A stretch of DNA of 63,904 nt, filler included, from Octopus bimaculoides (taxonomy: Eukaryota): the NCBI RefSeq assembly GCF_001194135.2. It is 5 parts of 5 records of this genome, joined end to end, with 100 filler letters (N's around TTAATTAATTAA, not from the genome) between each part and the next. Parts side by side here need not be neighbours in the genome. Positions count along the whole stretch, not along the records: positions 1 to 17,391 come from NC_068990.1; 4 more parts are not named here. The stretch is one strand, 5' to 3'. A program made the translations under genes and the position numbers. Positions within the stretch are counted from its first letter, which is position 1, and every line of letters begins with the position of its first letter. The notes beneath the pieces were generated by a model. It saw only the letters and a program-made list of their open reading frames with translations, did not search any database and was not told the DNA's origin. This document shows, piece after piece, positions 1 through 12,829 of the stretch.

Positions 1-62
<62 letters not shown>

Positions 63-240
63 TACATACATATACGCATATATAGACACACACACACACA
101 CATTATACATATGCATCTATATCTATATATATATTTATTTATATGCACATATACATATGTATGAGTGTGTGTGTGTGTGTATATGTACATATATGTGTGT
201 GTGAGTATACATACATACATATATATTAATATATATATAT
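1..240. repeat. Compound (TA)n/(CA)n/(TG)n microsatellite
   Basis: Direct reading; representative of dozens of such tracts in the window. Confidence 0.95.
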
Positions 241-257
241 GTAAGTATGTATGTATG

Positions 258-368
258 TCATTATTCAGTTTATTTCAAGATTTCGTGTCAATAGAGAAAG
301 AACTGGTTTCTAACCTAGATCCAAGGTTCCTTCATTGGAATTTCAACATCAACAACAGGGTATTTCTG
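258..368 (+). repeat. Unclassified interspersed repeat (copy also at 38540-38636)
   Basis: TCATTATTCAGTTT...TTCTAACCTAGATC...TTGGAATTTCAA...CAACAGGGTATTT recurs at 38540-38636. Confidence 0.8.
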
Positions 369-380
369 TTTGTTTGTTTT

Positions 381-520
<140 letters not shown>

Positions 521-1171
521 TATGTATTTATGAATGTATGTATTCGGAATTACTACCAAGTAGTTACTTCATTTAATTCCGGAAATTAGCTCGTTTTTTC
601 AAAAGTTATATTTAAAGTATATCTGTAATGTCGATTTCGGTACTTCGAGCACTCTTGCAAAGTTTTTGCATAGCAAATTGCATGTATTCGTATTTTTGAT
701 ACTTCGGTCGTTCCCGTACATCACTGGTTTTTCCCTACTACAATGTATATAAACAGCAACATGATTCGCTTTGCAGCCCGCTGACGAAGGCATCACGTGA
801 CCATAGACTTTTATACGCTATCTAACTATGAGAAATACAATGTGTCCGGAGATAGATTGTGTATGTGTGTGTGTTTGTGTGTATGTGTGGGGGGCGCGCG
901 TGTGTGTGTGTATGTGTGCGAGGCGTGGATTGTTTTCAGGTGGGCTTATACATCATGATACAAAAGTACGTTTCTAAATCTCATAGCGTTCATCTTTATC
1001 GAGCCCTATTGTGAATCGCTTTGCACAACGCAAACATTTTCGCTTGACTACGAAATATTTATCAATAAAATGGATACGTACAAACATACACTAACACATT
1101 CATGTACACATAGACACATATAAAGATATATGTATGCATGTGAATATGTGTATATGTGTATGTTACATATT

Positions 1172-1202
<31 letters not shown>

Positions 1203-1256
1203 GTATATGTATGTATGTATATTATATATATATATATATTTATATATATATTATGT

Positions 1257-1334
<78 letters not shown>

Positions 1335-2084
1335 AATAAGAAAATGGAGGATATTAATAGGTGGTATTCATCAACTTATAGACATATGTCAATTTATTTA
1401 TTTGCTAAAAGGACAATTATAACAATATACATACTTATATGACATATTATGCCTTATATGTACGATATATAAAATATTAAATATAAAAAATATCAGTAAT
1501 TTTTTAAATATTACATATAGCCATAGAANNNNNNNNNNNNNNNNNNNNNNNNNNNNNNNNNNNNNNNNNNNNNNNNNNNNNNNNNNNNNNNNNNNNNNNN
1601 NNNNNNNNNNNNNNNNNNNNNNNNNNNNNNNNNNNNNNNNNNNNNNNNNNNNNNNNNNNNNNNNNNNNNNNNNNNNNNNNNNNNNNNNNNNNNNNNNNNN
1701 NNNNNNNNNNNNNNNNNNNNNNNNNNNNNNNNNNNNNNNNNNNNNNNNNNNNNNNNNNNNNNNNNNNNNNNNNNNNNNNNNNNNNNNNNNNNNNNNNNNN
1801 NNNNNNNNATACACACGTTGACTGGTAAAAATAGGTGTTTGTCCGTCTGTGTAAATGATTGTACCTCAATCTGTCTGTACCTGAAGGCGTACACCTGTTT
1901 TCGTTTGTTTGCATACACACGTACAAACTCACCATTGCACATACTTATAAGTATGGATACACACACACACACACACCTGTGCGCGTATATCCCAATCCCT
2001 TATTGTATTTTCACAAATGTCACTGCATTCATTACAAAATGAGAAACAGCGCACGCGCATATATAGGAGTTAATACATCAGAAC

Positions 2085-2175
2085 CTATGCTTGGTTATTT
2101 GGCTTGCTAGAAATAGCAGTAAAATATCTCTCGAATTGTCTTAACAAATGGAAGAAACACTGGATAATCTAATCA
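2085..2175 (+). mobile_element. SINE family C body/tail fragment
   Basis: TTGCTAGAAATAGCAG..AAAT.TCTC motif shared with 14240-14420 and 16040-16235. Confidence 0.55.
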
Positions 2176-2295
2176 TTCTTGGTGATGGCTGATCTGTAGG
2201 CTATAACCACACACAAGTATACACATATAATACGTACATATATGTGTGTGTGTATGTGCATTTATGTATGTATATATATGTGTGTATATGTATGC

Positions 2296-2407
<112 letters not shown>

Positions 2408-2557
2408 GTGTGTTTGTGTGTGTGTATATGTATGCATTTATCTATGTATATGCGCGTATATGTATGCATTCATGTATGTATATAAGCGTGTGCGTGAGAG
2501 TGTGTGAGTGTATGTGCATGCGTGCGTGCGTGCGTGCATGCGTGCGTGAGTGAGTGA

Positions 2558-2588
<31 letters not shown>

Positions 2589-2694
2589 TCTGCTCACTAT
2601 TTTTTAATTATCTAAATTCTACACTTAAAAAGAGCTTGTTTCTAGCAATCTTACAAAGCACCATCGTTAGATAACATAACAGTTTTAGAGGTTA

Positions 2695-3035
2695 TACTTG
2701 AAAAAAGTCTTGCATATTTTTACTCTTCCACTTATATTTGTAATGTACGTATCATTTGGATGGTTTCTTTATCTGAAAAAAGCCTAAATTTTCCAAATTG
2801 TCACTTCAGGAATTTCCTATCGTAAGCATGTTCATCATTTATTATTGGTTTAAATGAGAATTTATAATCTAGCTTATAGAAGCTGAAGATTTCGAAGCAA
2901 TTATCTGTGGTTTGTCCCCTTCTTCTTTGATTTTCCAATAGATATTCACATAAGCAGGGCTGTTAACATCTGTGACGGTACATACGTTTATTTCTTTGTC
3001 CCAAACAACTATATCTGACCTGTTGTGTTTCTATT
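2695..3035 (-). pseudogene. Degenerate RLE (restriction-like endonuclease) domain of a non-LTR retrotransposon
   Basis: Minus strand reads KHNRSDIVVWDKEINVCTVTDVNSPAYVNI, then after a frameshift LLRNLQLL; colinear with the 38971-39390 ORF down to AAAAGTCTTGCATATTTT. Confidence 0.8.
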
Positions 3036-3494
3036 GGCAGAACTTTTAATACATACATAAACACATACATACATACATACATATATACATACACACATAC
3101 ATATATATATATGTGTGTGTGTGTGTGTGTATGTGTGTGTGTGTGTGTGTGTGTGTCTATGTATGTATGTATGTATGTGAACAACCTACTTTATTGATTT
3201 CTATCTCCCGTTTGTCTAAAATATGCATATGTGTGCGTATGTGAGAGGAGTTGAGAGAGAGAGAGAGAGAGAACGAAAGCAAAAAGAAGATTGACAGAAA
3301 AAAGAATTACATGCATGTAAAAAATATAATTTATATGTATATTACACACATNNNNNNNNNNNNNNNNNNNNNNNNNNNNNNNNNNNNNNNNNNNNNNNNN
3401 NNNNNNNNNNNNNNNNNNNNNNNNNNNNNNNNNNNNNNNNNNNNNNNNNNNNNNNNNNNNNNNNNNNNNNNNNATATATATATATATATATACT

Positions 3495-3660
3495 AACCGA
3501 TGCCAGTGTGTTTACCAGCCCCTAACTTAACAGTTCAGCAAAAGATAGAATAAGTACCAGGCTTTAAAAAAAATTATACTAGGGGTTGGTTCGGTCAATT
3601 AAAATTCCTTAAGGCGCTGCAACAGCATGGTCACAATCTAATGACTGGAAAAAATGTAAG
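3495..3660 (+). mobile_element. SINE family A, 3' half
   Basis: Matches 3' module of 9541/25508 copies (AACCGATG..GTGTGTTTAC...AGAATAAGTAC...CAGCATGG..ACA.TC.AATGACTG); 5' part lost in the gap. Confidence 0.75.
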
Positions 3661-4317
3661 ATACATACATACACACACACACATATAGATATATATAGGC
3701 ATAGTCTTGAGACACTATCTAAATATAGTTCAATGGATGTACATCTGTGTTAGTGTAAATCATAACACCACTGCAGAAATGCCAGCGTTTATAGTACTAC
3801 GGCAATAGTATATAGTATTCTTGCGGGAATATTTTAGCGTATATAGTGCTACCAATAAATATCAGCATAGTAGCAATGCGATAGTTAGTGTCTATGTAAT
3901 GCAATCCAATAGACATTGCACACACACACACACACACACACACGTATGGATGTAGACTGATGTAAACATAGCAGCGTATGTACACATACAAACACACACG
4001 GACACACGCTCGCACTTACCTGAGTTTTTAATAGAAGGAATACGTACAACGCATACACTGTATTTATGTATGTAGGTAAATATATATGGAAAGCTTGAAG
4101 GCGCCGGGCTCCATTGAGGGGCCTACGAAACTTGCAATAGCTTGGAACCACACACACACATATATATTATTGGTAGTTAGCAGAAGCAACAGAGTGACTT
4201 GACGGCCGAGAGTTTCGTGCATTAGAACTTATCAAATAAGTCGCTCTCTCTCTTGCTATATATATATATATATACATATATATATGTATATATACATATA
4301 CATACATATATATATAT

Positions 4318-4600
4318 GTTTTTTGTCCGCCACTACATTCCTCCATGGCTAGATTTAATTTGCGTATACAAATTTAATCTGCGATCCATGGGACGAGCCG
4401 TTTTAGCGATGCGTCCTGCCCAAGCTCGTCGAAACGCCGGTGTTAAAACGTGGGTGGCTGATGAAGGAGATGTTCTCTATGTGGCTCGTGTGTTCTCGTC
4501 TACGTTTGTTTGCAATGTCCTGTACCCAGATATGCACCTATACATACAGGTGGATGTCGGTATGCACATACCTGTACGTATATATGCATATACTCATTTA
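4318..4600 (+). mobile_element. Three-copy short element, probably Penelope-derived (copies 48538-48745 +, 58706-59165 -)
   Basis: Shared TCGAAACGCCGGTGTTAAAA...GCTGATGAAGGA...CCTGTACCCAGATATGCACCTATA. The repeat is seen directly; PLE origin is inferred from hammerhead-like motifs. Confidence 0.7.
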
Positions 4601-4654
<54 letters not shown>

Positions 4655-5506
4655 GTAAAAATATGTGACACTTACTCAGTAGCCATGATAAAACTCCGAG
4701 TTTTATATTTATATATATATATATATATATATGTATGAATATATACATACTCATGATTTGTGTTCTATTTTACCTGTTTGCATCGTCAAAGCTGTATGTG
4801 TGTGTGTGAGTGTGAATGTGTGCGCGCGTGCGTGCGTGCGTGCGTGCGTGTGCGTGTTTGTATTGGTTACCTGTTTTTCTCGAATTGGTCAAGTGACCCC
4901 AATAAAGGGCGAAAATCGATTAAGGTTGTCCATCATATTTTTCACCCTACGGAGAAATGGTTAAGTTTGACATCTTTGAATGTCTCGTATGTGGATTTAC
5001 ATATACACATCTATAATTACGTATATTCGTACGTGTGTGTATGTTTGAATGTATTTACGCATGTATGTATATATGTATGGCATAAAAGTATATGTAGCAA
5101 TATGCACACACATATACATGTACAAACACACATATACATATATATATATGGGTCGATATCAATACAAGGTTAAAAGTGAGTGTATAAATAATAAATAAAT
5201 ATTTTAGATATATAATGGTCAACGCATATATGATGCATTTATATATAAACGTGGGTGTTAAATCACCTTAAAATATGCATATATGCGTATATATACACAG
5301 AGAGAGAATATCAAATATCTATGTAAGTATTTGCATGTAGTGCTGTGTAAGAAGTGTCTAAAGAGGAAGTGGTGTGTATTGCTGTGTGTATGTTAATGTA
5401 CAGTCGTGTGCTTCGGTATGTATGAAATTTTAGAAATGAACTTTCAGGTGTATACATATACATATACATACATACACATATATATATATATATATACATA
5501 TACATG

Positions 5507-5576
<70 letters not shown>

Positions 5577-5812
5577 CATGATAAAGAGTGGAGTTTGGTA
5601 AACATGTTCCAAAATTCCGTTACTCATATACGTGCGTGTGTGTGTGCGTGTGCGTGTGCGTGCGCGTGCATGTGTGTGTGCGTGTGTTGTGTGTGCATGT
5701 GTACGTGTATGTATGTATGTGTATCTGTTTGTATGTATGTATGTATCAATGTTTGTGTCGATAACTGTCTTCGAAGATGACAGTCGCCACTTGGTGTGAG
5801 AAACTGCACCTT

Positions 5813-5848
<36 letters not shown>

Positions 5849-6049
5849 TATTTGCCCTTGTATGTATATTTAAGTTCGTATGAATATTTATGTGCGTTCA
5901 TGCATGTTTGAATGTGTGTGTTCGTGCTGTTGTTTATACGTTTGAGGCAACTCAGTCTGTTATAACAAGAGGTAGATGTTTAGTCAAAGATGATAGCTAA
6001 GCCAATCGGTATAATACAGAACCACTAAAATCAGAATTCCACTAGAATT

Positions 6050-6140
6050 AGTACTGGGACACTCTGATCAATCAAAATTCATCCTGAAGGTGGAGCGCCA
6101 GCATGGCCGCAGCCCAGTGACCGAAATCTTTAAAAGAACA
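6050..6140 (+). mobile_element. SINE family A 3' tail remnant
   Basis: GAAGGTGGAGCGCCAGCATGGCCGCAGCCCAGTGACCGAAA resembles the family A tail. Confidence 0.55.
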
Positions 6141-7151
6141 TAACAATATTAGAATAGATCTCGCGCATGCGCGTGTCTGTTTATGGAAGGTTATCTTTTT
6201 ATTTGAGATATTTTTTTTTAGTTCTTCAAGATTTCAGGTCAATCGCCAACAAAGTGACAAGGCTTTTTTTAGGTTTTGTTTTTCTCCTCTCACACTCGGT
6301 TTTGAATTAAGGAAGTTCCTAGGAATTTGTGTATATGTGAGTTAGTGTGTGAATATTTATGTAAGTAAATATATNNNNNNNNNNNNNNNNNNNNNNNNNN
6401 NNNNNNNNNNNNNNNNNNNNNNNNNNNNNNNNNNNNNNNNNNNNNNNNNNNNNNNNNNNNNNNNNNNNNNNNNNNNNNNNNNNNNNNNNNNNNNNNNNNN
6501 NNNNNNNNNNNNNNNNNNNNNNNNNNNNNNNNNNNNNNNNNNNNNNNNNNNNNNNNNNNNNNNNNNNNNNNNNNNNNNNNNNNNNNNNNNNNNNNNNNNN
6601 NNNNNNNNNNNNNNNNNNNNNNNNNNNNNNNNNNNNNNNNNNNNNNNNNNNNNNNNNNNNNNNNNNNNNNNNNNNNNNNNNNNNNNNNNNNNNNNNNNNN
6701 NNNNNNNNNNNNNNNNNNNNNNNNNNNNNNNNNNNNNNNNNNNNNNNNNNNNNNNNNNNNNNNNNNNNNNNNNNNNNNNNNNNNNNNNNNNNNNNNNNNN
6801 NNNNNNNNNNNNNNNNNNNNNNNNNNNNNNNNNNNNNNNNNNNNNNNNNNNNNNNNNNNNNNNNNNNNNNNNNNNNNNNNNNNNNNNNNNNNNNNNNNNN
6901 NNNNNNNNNNNNNNNNNNNNNNNNNNNNNNNNNNNNNNNNNNNNNNNNNNNNNNNNNNNNNNNNNNNNNNNNNNNNNNNNNNNNNNNNNNNNNNNNNNNN
7001 NNNNNNNNNNNNNNNNNNNNNNNNNNNNNNNNNNNNNNNNNNNNNNNNNNNNNNNNNNNNNNNNNNNNNNNNNNNNNNNNNNNNNNNNNNNNNNNNNNNN
7101 NNNNNNNNNNNNNNNNNNNNNNNNNNNNNNNNNNNNNNNNNNNNNNNNNNN

Positions 7152-7183
<32 letters not shown>

Positions 7184-7557
7184 CCATGGTGGTGCGTATA
7201 TACTTGCACTCATGTAATGAGTGGAGTGTACATGCGTCTTCAATCACGAATGTAAGTGTGGTGGTTACATGATATGCATACGTGTGTGAGTGATTGCATT
7301 ACATGGACACAGTGTGAATGCATGTAAATTATTCATTGCAGTAAATTGAAACTTAAGATCTTTAGAATGCTTTTCATAGCATCACTATGCCAATAATCAG
7401 TTGGATTGAATTTGGAGGAAACGAATCAGTTTACTTTGTTCTTTCTTGGAAAACCCCAAAGTTTTCACAACTTTATGGAAATTTATTGTCATGTAGCGAG
7501 GTGTACTTATGATAATACATACAAGTGAGGATTTGTATTGTCGATATTAAATGACGT

Positions 7558-7768
7558 GAAGGCGTTGAGCTGGCAGAATTGTTAGCACGCCGGACCAAAA
7601 TGCTAAGCGGCGTTTCGTCCGTCCTTAACGTTCTGAGTGCAAATTCCGCCGGGGCCGACTTTCATGTCGATAAAATAAGTACCAGATGAACCCCGGGGTT
7701 AATGTAATCGACTTACCCCAACTCCCCCGAACCTGCTGAGCCTGTGCCAAAATTTGAAATCGATATTA
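7558..7768 (+). mobile_element. tRNA-derived SINE family B
   Basis: A-box-like TGGCAGAATTGTTAG, B-box-like GAGTGCAAATTCC, core GTCGATAAAATAAGTACCAG...GTAATCGACTT; many copies in the window. Confidence 0.85.
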
Positions 7769-7800
7769 AAAGACTTAAGTTCCATAAAAGTTCACTGTGT

Positions 7801-8054
7801 CAGTGGTTGTCAACCGGGATCCATATAAGATTTTTTGTTAAAAATTATGTGCAATAAATTGTTTATAGTTCTACTATCAAACTAACATTTTAACATTTTA
7901 ACAAATGTTTTTAATACATTTCCTCACAATATTTAATTCTAAAAATATAGCATTTCTAAAACATAGAATGGCTATGAGGGTCTACCTGAGTAAAATAGAA
8001 AGCAAAAGTGTCCAATGGAGGAAAAAGACAGAGAGTCCACAAAGAAAACCACTG
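7801..8054. mobile_element. Degenerate hAT (Charlie-like) MITE
   Basis: Left end CAGTGGTTGTCAACC, right end AACCACTG; no clean TSD. Confidence 0.55.
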
Positions 8055-8113
8055 CTATAGATGTTCTCTTCTTTCATATCTTAAGATGAGACATTCACAT
8101 CCGTCTACTAGAC

Positions 8114-8409
8114 CAGGGGTTTTCAAACTTTTTGACTTGCGGACCCCTTTATATTTCAGGCTTTACCTTAGGGACCCCTTATAAACGCTTATGAAATTTA
8201 TACATAAATATCTGCTTAAAATAACATATATTTTTACATTTGCTTATTTAACAGTATTTAACAAATAGGTTTATTCTCAATTAAAAGATTTCGATTAAAA
8301 AACATATATAAAATCAAATTGCCCATAAAAAGTATTTGCTGTCCACGGACCCCCTGTCTTGTCCTTACGGACCCCCTGTGGTCCGCGGACCACAGTTTGA
8401 AAACCCCTG
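8114..8409. mobile_element. hAT (Charlie-like) MITE, 296 bp
   Basis: 16-bp TIR CAGGGGTTTTCAAACT / AGTTTGAAAACCCCTG; perfect 8-bp TSD TACTAGAC at 8106-8113 and 8410-8417. Confidence 0.93.
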
Positions 8410-8756
8410 TACTAGACCGTTGACCTATACAACAGAGCATGACTCGGGTTCCTGTCCCATAGAGCATGATGAGGCCTTTTATTTTCCCACCCAACTACTG
8501 CTTTTATTGGACTATTTTCACCAACATCTCTCCAAAGATGTCGGTGTTTTCTAGTTTTGCAGTGCCTTTTGGATAACCGTTAAGGCAAACATTATTGCGA
8601 ATAGCATAGCAAATAGTTTTGACATAGCTGATTATAGTGTGACTGATATCGTCCTCACTTGTATAGCACACACGATATTTTCTATGACAATGTAAAGGTT
8701 TGTGATATATACTTATATCTTATTGATCAGAGATTTAGTACCGATTTTGTCATATA

Positions 8757-9000
8757 CAGGGTGGCCCAAAAGTAGGTTTACAGTCATCACGTAGGCACTT
8801 TAAATTTATTTTAAAACATATAATTACATTTAAATTTCTATTTTACAAACTGAAAAGGGAGCTTGACAAAATTAACTAAATTAGCATAAAATAATGGTTT
8901 CATATTTTTTTTTTATATATATAATTAAGATGTAAACTGTTAATATATGAATACGAAAGAGATAGTTGAATAACTGTAAACCTACTTTTGGGCCACCCTG
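8757..9000. mobile_element. Tc1/mariner-superfamily MITE, 244 bp
   Basis: Perfect 28-bp TIR CAGGGTGGCCCAAAAGTAGGTTTACAGT (8757-8784 / 8973-9000), flanked by TA on both sides. Confidence 0.93.
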
Positions 9001-9540
9001 TAAATGTGTGTATGTCGCCTTCATTTTTCTTATGTATTTGTTTATTAGAATGCTCTTTAAAAGAAGGAGAGAGCTGGATGCTAACAGAGGAACAGTAACT
9101 ACTACAACGATAATGCTTACATACGGAAATTTTTGGAAAGTTTTGCATTTGTATGTTTTGTGTTTTTAAACCGAATGTATTTTTTCTGATGTTATATTTA
9201 TTCCTGAATGATGTGTAAAGAAATTTTGATTTATTAAGTCTCTTAATAAATTCTTTATACTGAAATATATATTGAAGAAGATAAATATGTTCATTTGAAT
9301 ATATACGTTTTTGAGTCGTAACTCCTTTATTATTATTAATATAACCAAAAGGATCGATTCTTGAAGAGTCTGCATACCTTCACTGTCGTTTTTTTTCTGC
9401 TATTTTGGTGATGATTTTTTGAGTTAGCTTACCAATTATTTTTGTTGGTAGTTAATTTATAATATATTGATATATATANNNNNNNNNNNNNNNNNNNNNN
9501 NNNNNNNNNNNNNNNNNNNNNNNNNNNNNNNNNNATATAT

Positions 9541-9715
9541 AGGCGCAGGAGTGGGTGGGTGGTAAGTAGCTTGCTTACCAACCACATGGTTACAGGTTCA
9601 ATCTCAGGTGCGTGGCACCTTGGGCAAGCGTCTTCTACTATAATCTCGGGCCGACCAAAGCCTTGTGAGTGGATTTGGTAGACGGAAACTGAAAGAAACC
9701 CGTCGTATATGTTTT

Positions 9716-9752
<37 letters not shown>

Positions 9753-9985
9753 ATGTGTGTGTGTGTGTGTGTGTGTGTATAAGTTTGTATGTCTGTGTTT
9801 CTCCCCCAGCACCGCTTGACAACCGATGCTGGGGTGCTTACGTTCCCGTAACTTAGCGGCTCGGCATAAGAGGCCGATAAAATAAGTACTAGGCTTACAA
9901 AGAATAAGTCCTGGGGTCGACTTGCTCGACTAAAGGCTGTGCCCCAGCATGGCCGCAGTCAAATGACTGAAACAAGTAAAAGAAA
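9541..9985 (+). mobile_element. tRNA-derived SINE family A, full length with internal (TA)n(TG)n
   Basis: Head GGCGCAGGAGTGG..TGGTAAG...GGTTCAATC, body, internal microsatellite ~9712-9780, tail CAGCATGGCCGCAGTCAAATGACTGAAACAAGTAAAAGA. Confidence 0.9.
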
Positions 9986-10160
9986 TATATATATATGTAT
10001 ACATACATATACATATACATGTATGTATGTATGTATATATGTATGTATGTATGTATCTATGTATGTACGTATGTATTATACTAGGCATGGTAAAATACAT
10101 GCAGTCACAGCTCAGTCCGTGATGCCAGGACAGACAGACAGACAGACAGACAGACAGTCC

Positions 10161-10226
10161 AAGTGTTACAGCTGTGAACGTTCTTGCGGAATGGAAACTG
10201 CGCTGAAGACCCAACTGCGTGAACAT
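10161..10226 (+). pseudogene. Degenerate C2H2-like zinc finger, probably from the C-terminus of an RTE-type LINE
   Basis: KCYSCERSCGMETALKTQLREH fits C-x2-C-x12-(H>Q)-x3-H. Confidence 0.4.
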
Positions 10227-10307
10227 GATGGACCAAGGTTCAATGAAGAGATTGGCTCCCTTCTGACAAGAAGCTGCAATCAGCATGTATACACGCTTGT
10301 GAAAATA

Positions 10308-10385
10308 GGCATAGCTGAGTGGTTAAGAATTTCTCCTCGCAACCATGAGGTCGCGAGATCGATCCACAGTGGGGTATGTTGGCAG
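10308..10385 (+). mobile_element. tRNA-like SINE head
   Basis: GGCATAGCTGAGTGGTTAAG (A box) ... GAGATCGATCC (degenerate B box). Confidence 0.55.
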
Positions 10386-11043
10386 TTGCGTAGCTGGAGC
10401 GTGTGCCTCCCGGAGCAGCTTTTGTACTTGTTGTCCTTCTGCCCTCCACCCATCCCACCACACACTACCCCTATACAGACTTAACAACTGACGTAAAGGT
10501 GCTGCTCCCATAAAAGGGCTGCCTGGGGCGGAATACCCCTACCGCCCAGCCCCTTAGCTATGCAACCACGTCTTGGGTGTGTCTTTTGCCATAAACTTTG
10601 GACTAACTCAAGCCTCTCGAATGAACCCGATGTGATGGAAACTGTGCCCCACCCCTTCGAATAGATCGCACATGGAATTCAAAGGGCCGGCCTTGACATA
10701 TATTAAATCACGTTGTTTTTGGTTTTGTTTGTTTTACTTGAGAATTACGTTAAGGTACACGTCCGCAGAATACTCAACCGTTTATACTATGCCAAGTAGT
10801 TCAGTTGATCAAACAAATGAATGCACATCGTCGACAGCGACGAAGGATCCATTATTATGAATCATTATTTTCAGCTCTGTTCGTGTGTGCGTGTGTGTAT
10901 ATGTTGGATGTGTGTGTGTGTGCGTGTGTGTGTGTGTGTGTGCGTGTGTATGTGTGTGTGTCTAGATATTAATACGAGGAAGAGTTGGCGTAGACGTATG
11001 CACGTAGATGTATGTGTATAGAAACGTATTATATATAAATGTG

Positions 11044-11091
<48 letters not shown>

Positions 11092-11294
11092 CGTTTTGTG
11101 CGTGGAATGTCTGCCTTCGCCTATAAGTCACAGGTGTGTAAATAGAAACGTTATTAAGTTTGCCATCTTTTCGATTGGACTCATCATAGAGAAAATACGC
11201 TACATTATCGCATCCCATCCTTACACACCCACCCAAATATGTATGTACATGTATGTGTGTGTATGTGTGTATGGGTGTAGAGTTATAAGCCTTT

Positions 11295-11340
<46 letters not shown>

Positions 11341-11466
11341 GCTCACTCTCTAATATATATATATATATACAAACAGACACACATATGTATAGACACACAC
11401 CCACATATGTAGATATAGATATTGACAGACAGGCAGACAGGCAGATAGACAGACAGACAGACAGAC

Positions 11467-11517
<51 letters not shown>

Positions 11518-11629
11518 CATAGACACTTACATGCATACAAAATCACTAATTAACACATTTTCTTTTACTGTCTACCTTTCTGTCTTTGTTTCATAGTTTG
11601 TCTACATGTCTGTCTCTCTTTCTTTTCTA

Positions 11630-11663
<34 letters not shown>

Positions 11664-11664
11664 A

Positions 11665-11759
<95 letters not shown>

Positions 11760-11900
11760 TCATGTGCGTACACTCATACACACAACATATACGTATATTC
11801 ATTTATTTTAGCAGCCTTACGCTTATCCTCATTCACACATTGATATCTAAATATGCAGTTACCGTCTCTCATTTATTCATTCATTCTATCTATCTATCGA

Positions 11901-11935
<35 letters not shown>

Positions 11936-12024
11936 GCTTGTCTATCTATTTGTCCGTCCGTCTGTCTTTCTATGTGCCTGTCTGTTTGTCTATTTATCCA
12001 TCCATCCATCTATCCGTCTGTCTG

Positions 12025-12086
<62 letters not shown>

Positions 12087-12126
12087 ATTATCTGTCTACT
12101 TGTATCTATCGCTCTCTATTTCTCCC

Positions 12127-12198
<72 letters not shown>

Positions 12199-12829
12199 GT
12201 ACAAATAGTGTAAGAAAAGGAGATCAGTACATAAACAAATAAATAATTAGCCAGGCGAACAATATAGATACTGGTATGTCGAATACCATACAATATAAAT
12301 CCTTGATATATCAAAATTATTTCCGCCTCTCGATGATGCGTCGCAATTATCAAATGACAATTGTGAGCAGCTGCGTATATAAAGGCGAGAAAATCTCAAA
12401 AAACAAGAATTCATTAAAGTTGGCACGTCATCAAGAAAAAGGACAGACTTATTGTCTGGAGATAGGAAGGCAGTCGTCGACACGGGTTTCTACCCCAATA
12501 GGCGTCATTAGCACGACAGTTCATCTATGTCCAGTAGCCAAGGGACTTAGACATATACAAAATAGAGTAGAACACATCTATGGCCTAGGTAAATTACATA
12601 ATTTACACAAAAATGAGCTTAAAGTAATATCTCCGAGATGCATTTGAACAACACGGAATAGCAGAGGTGTATCAAATGCCTTATAACATAATTTCTTGAT
12701 TTAGCAAAATTATCTCCACCTCTAGAGGATGTATCACAATTACCAATAGCTATGAGGATCCAGTCGAATAAAATAGGAATCAAAGGAATCCATGGGCAAA
12801 AGAAATCGTTCAAGAACCACTGCCTTGCA

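Noticed and set aside
6290-7272. Long ORFs made mostly of X (also 25983, 34861, 36539, 56281 and others)
   Set aside because: Open only because N gaps contain no stop codons.
9053-9100. Possible plus-strand micro-exon after a TTAG acceptor
   Set aside because: Weak donor, two open frames, no context.
12276-12647. 123-aa non-repetitive ORF
   Set aside because: No recognisable motif; lies in a probable repeat element and overlaps a direct repeat.
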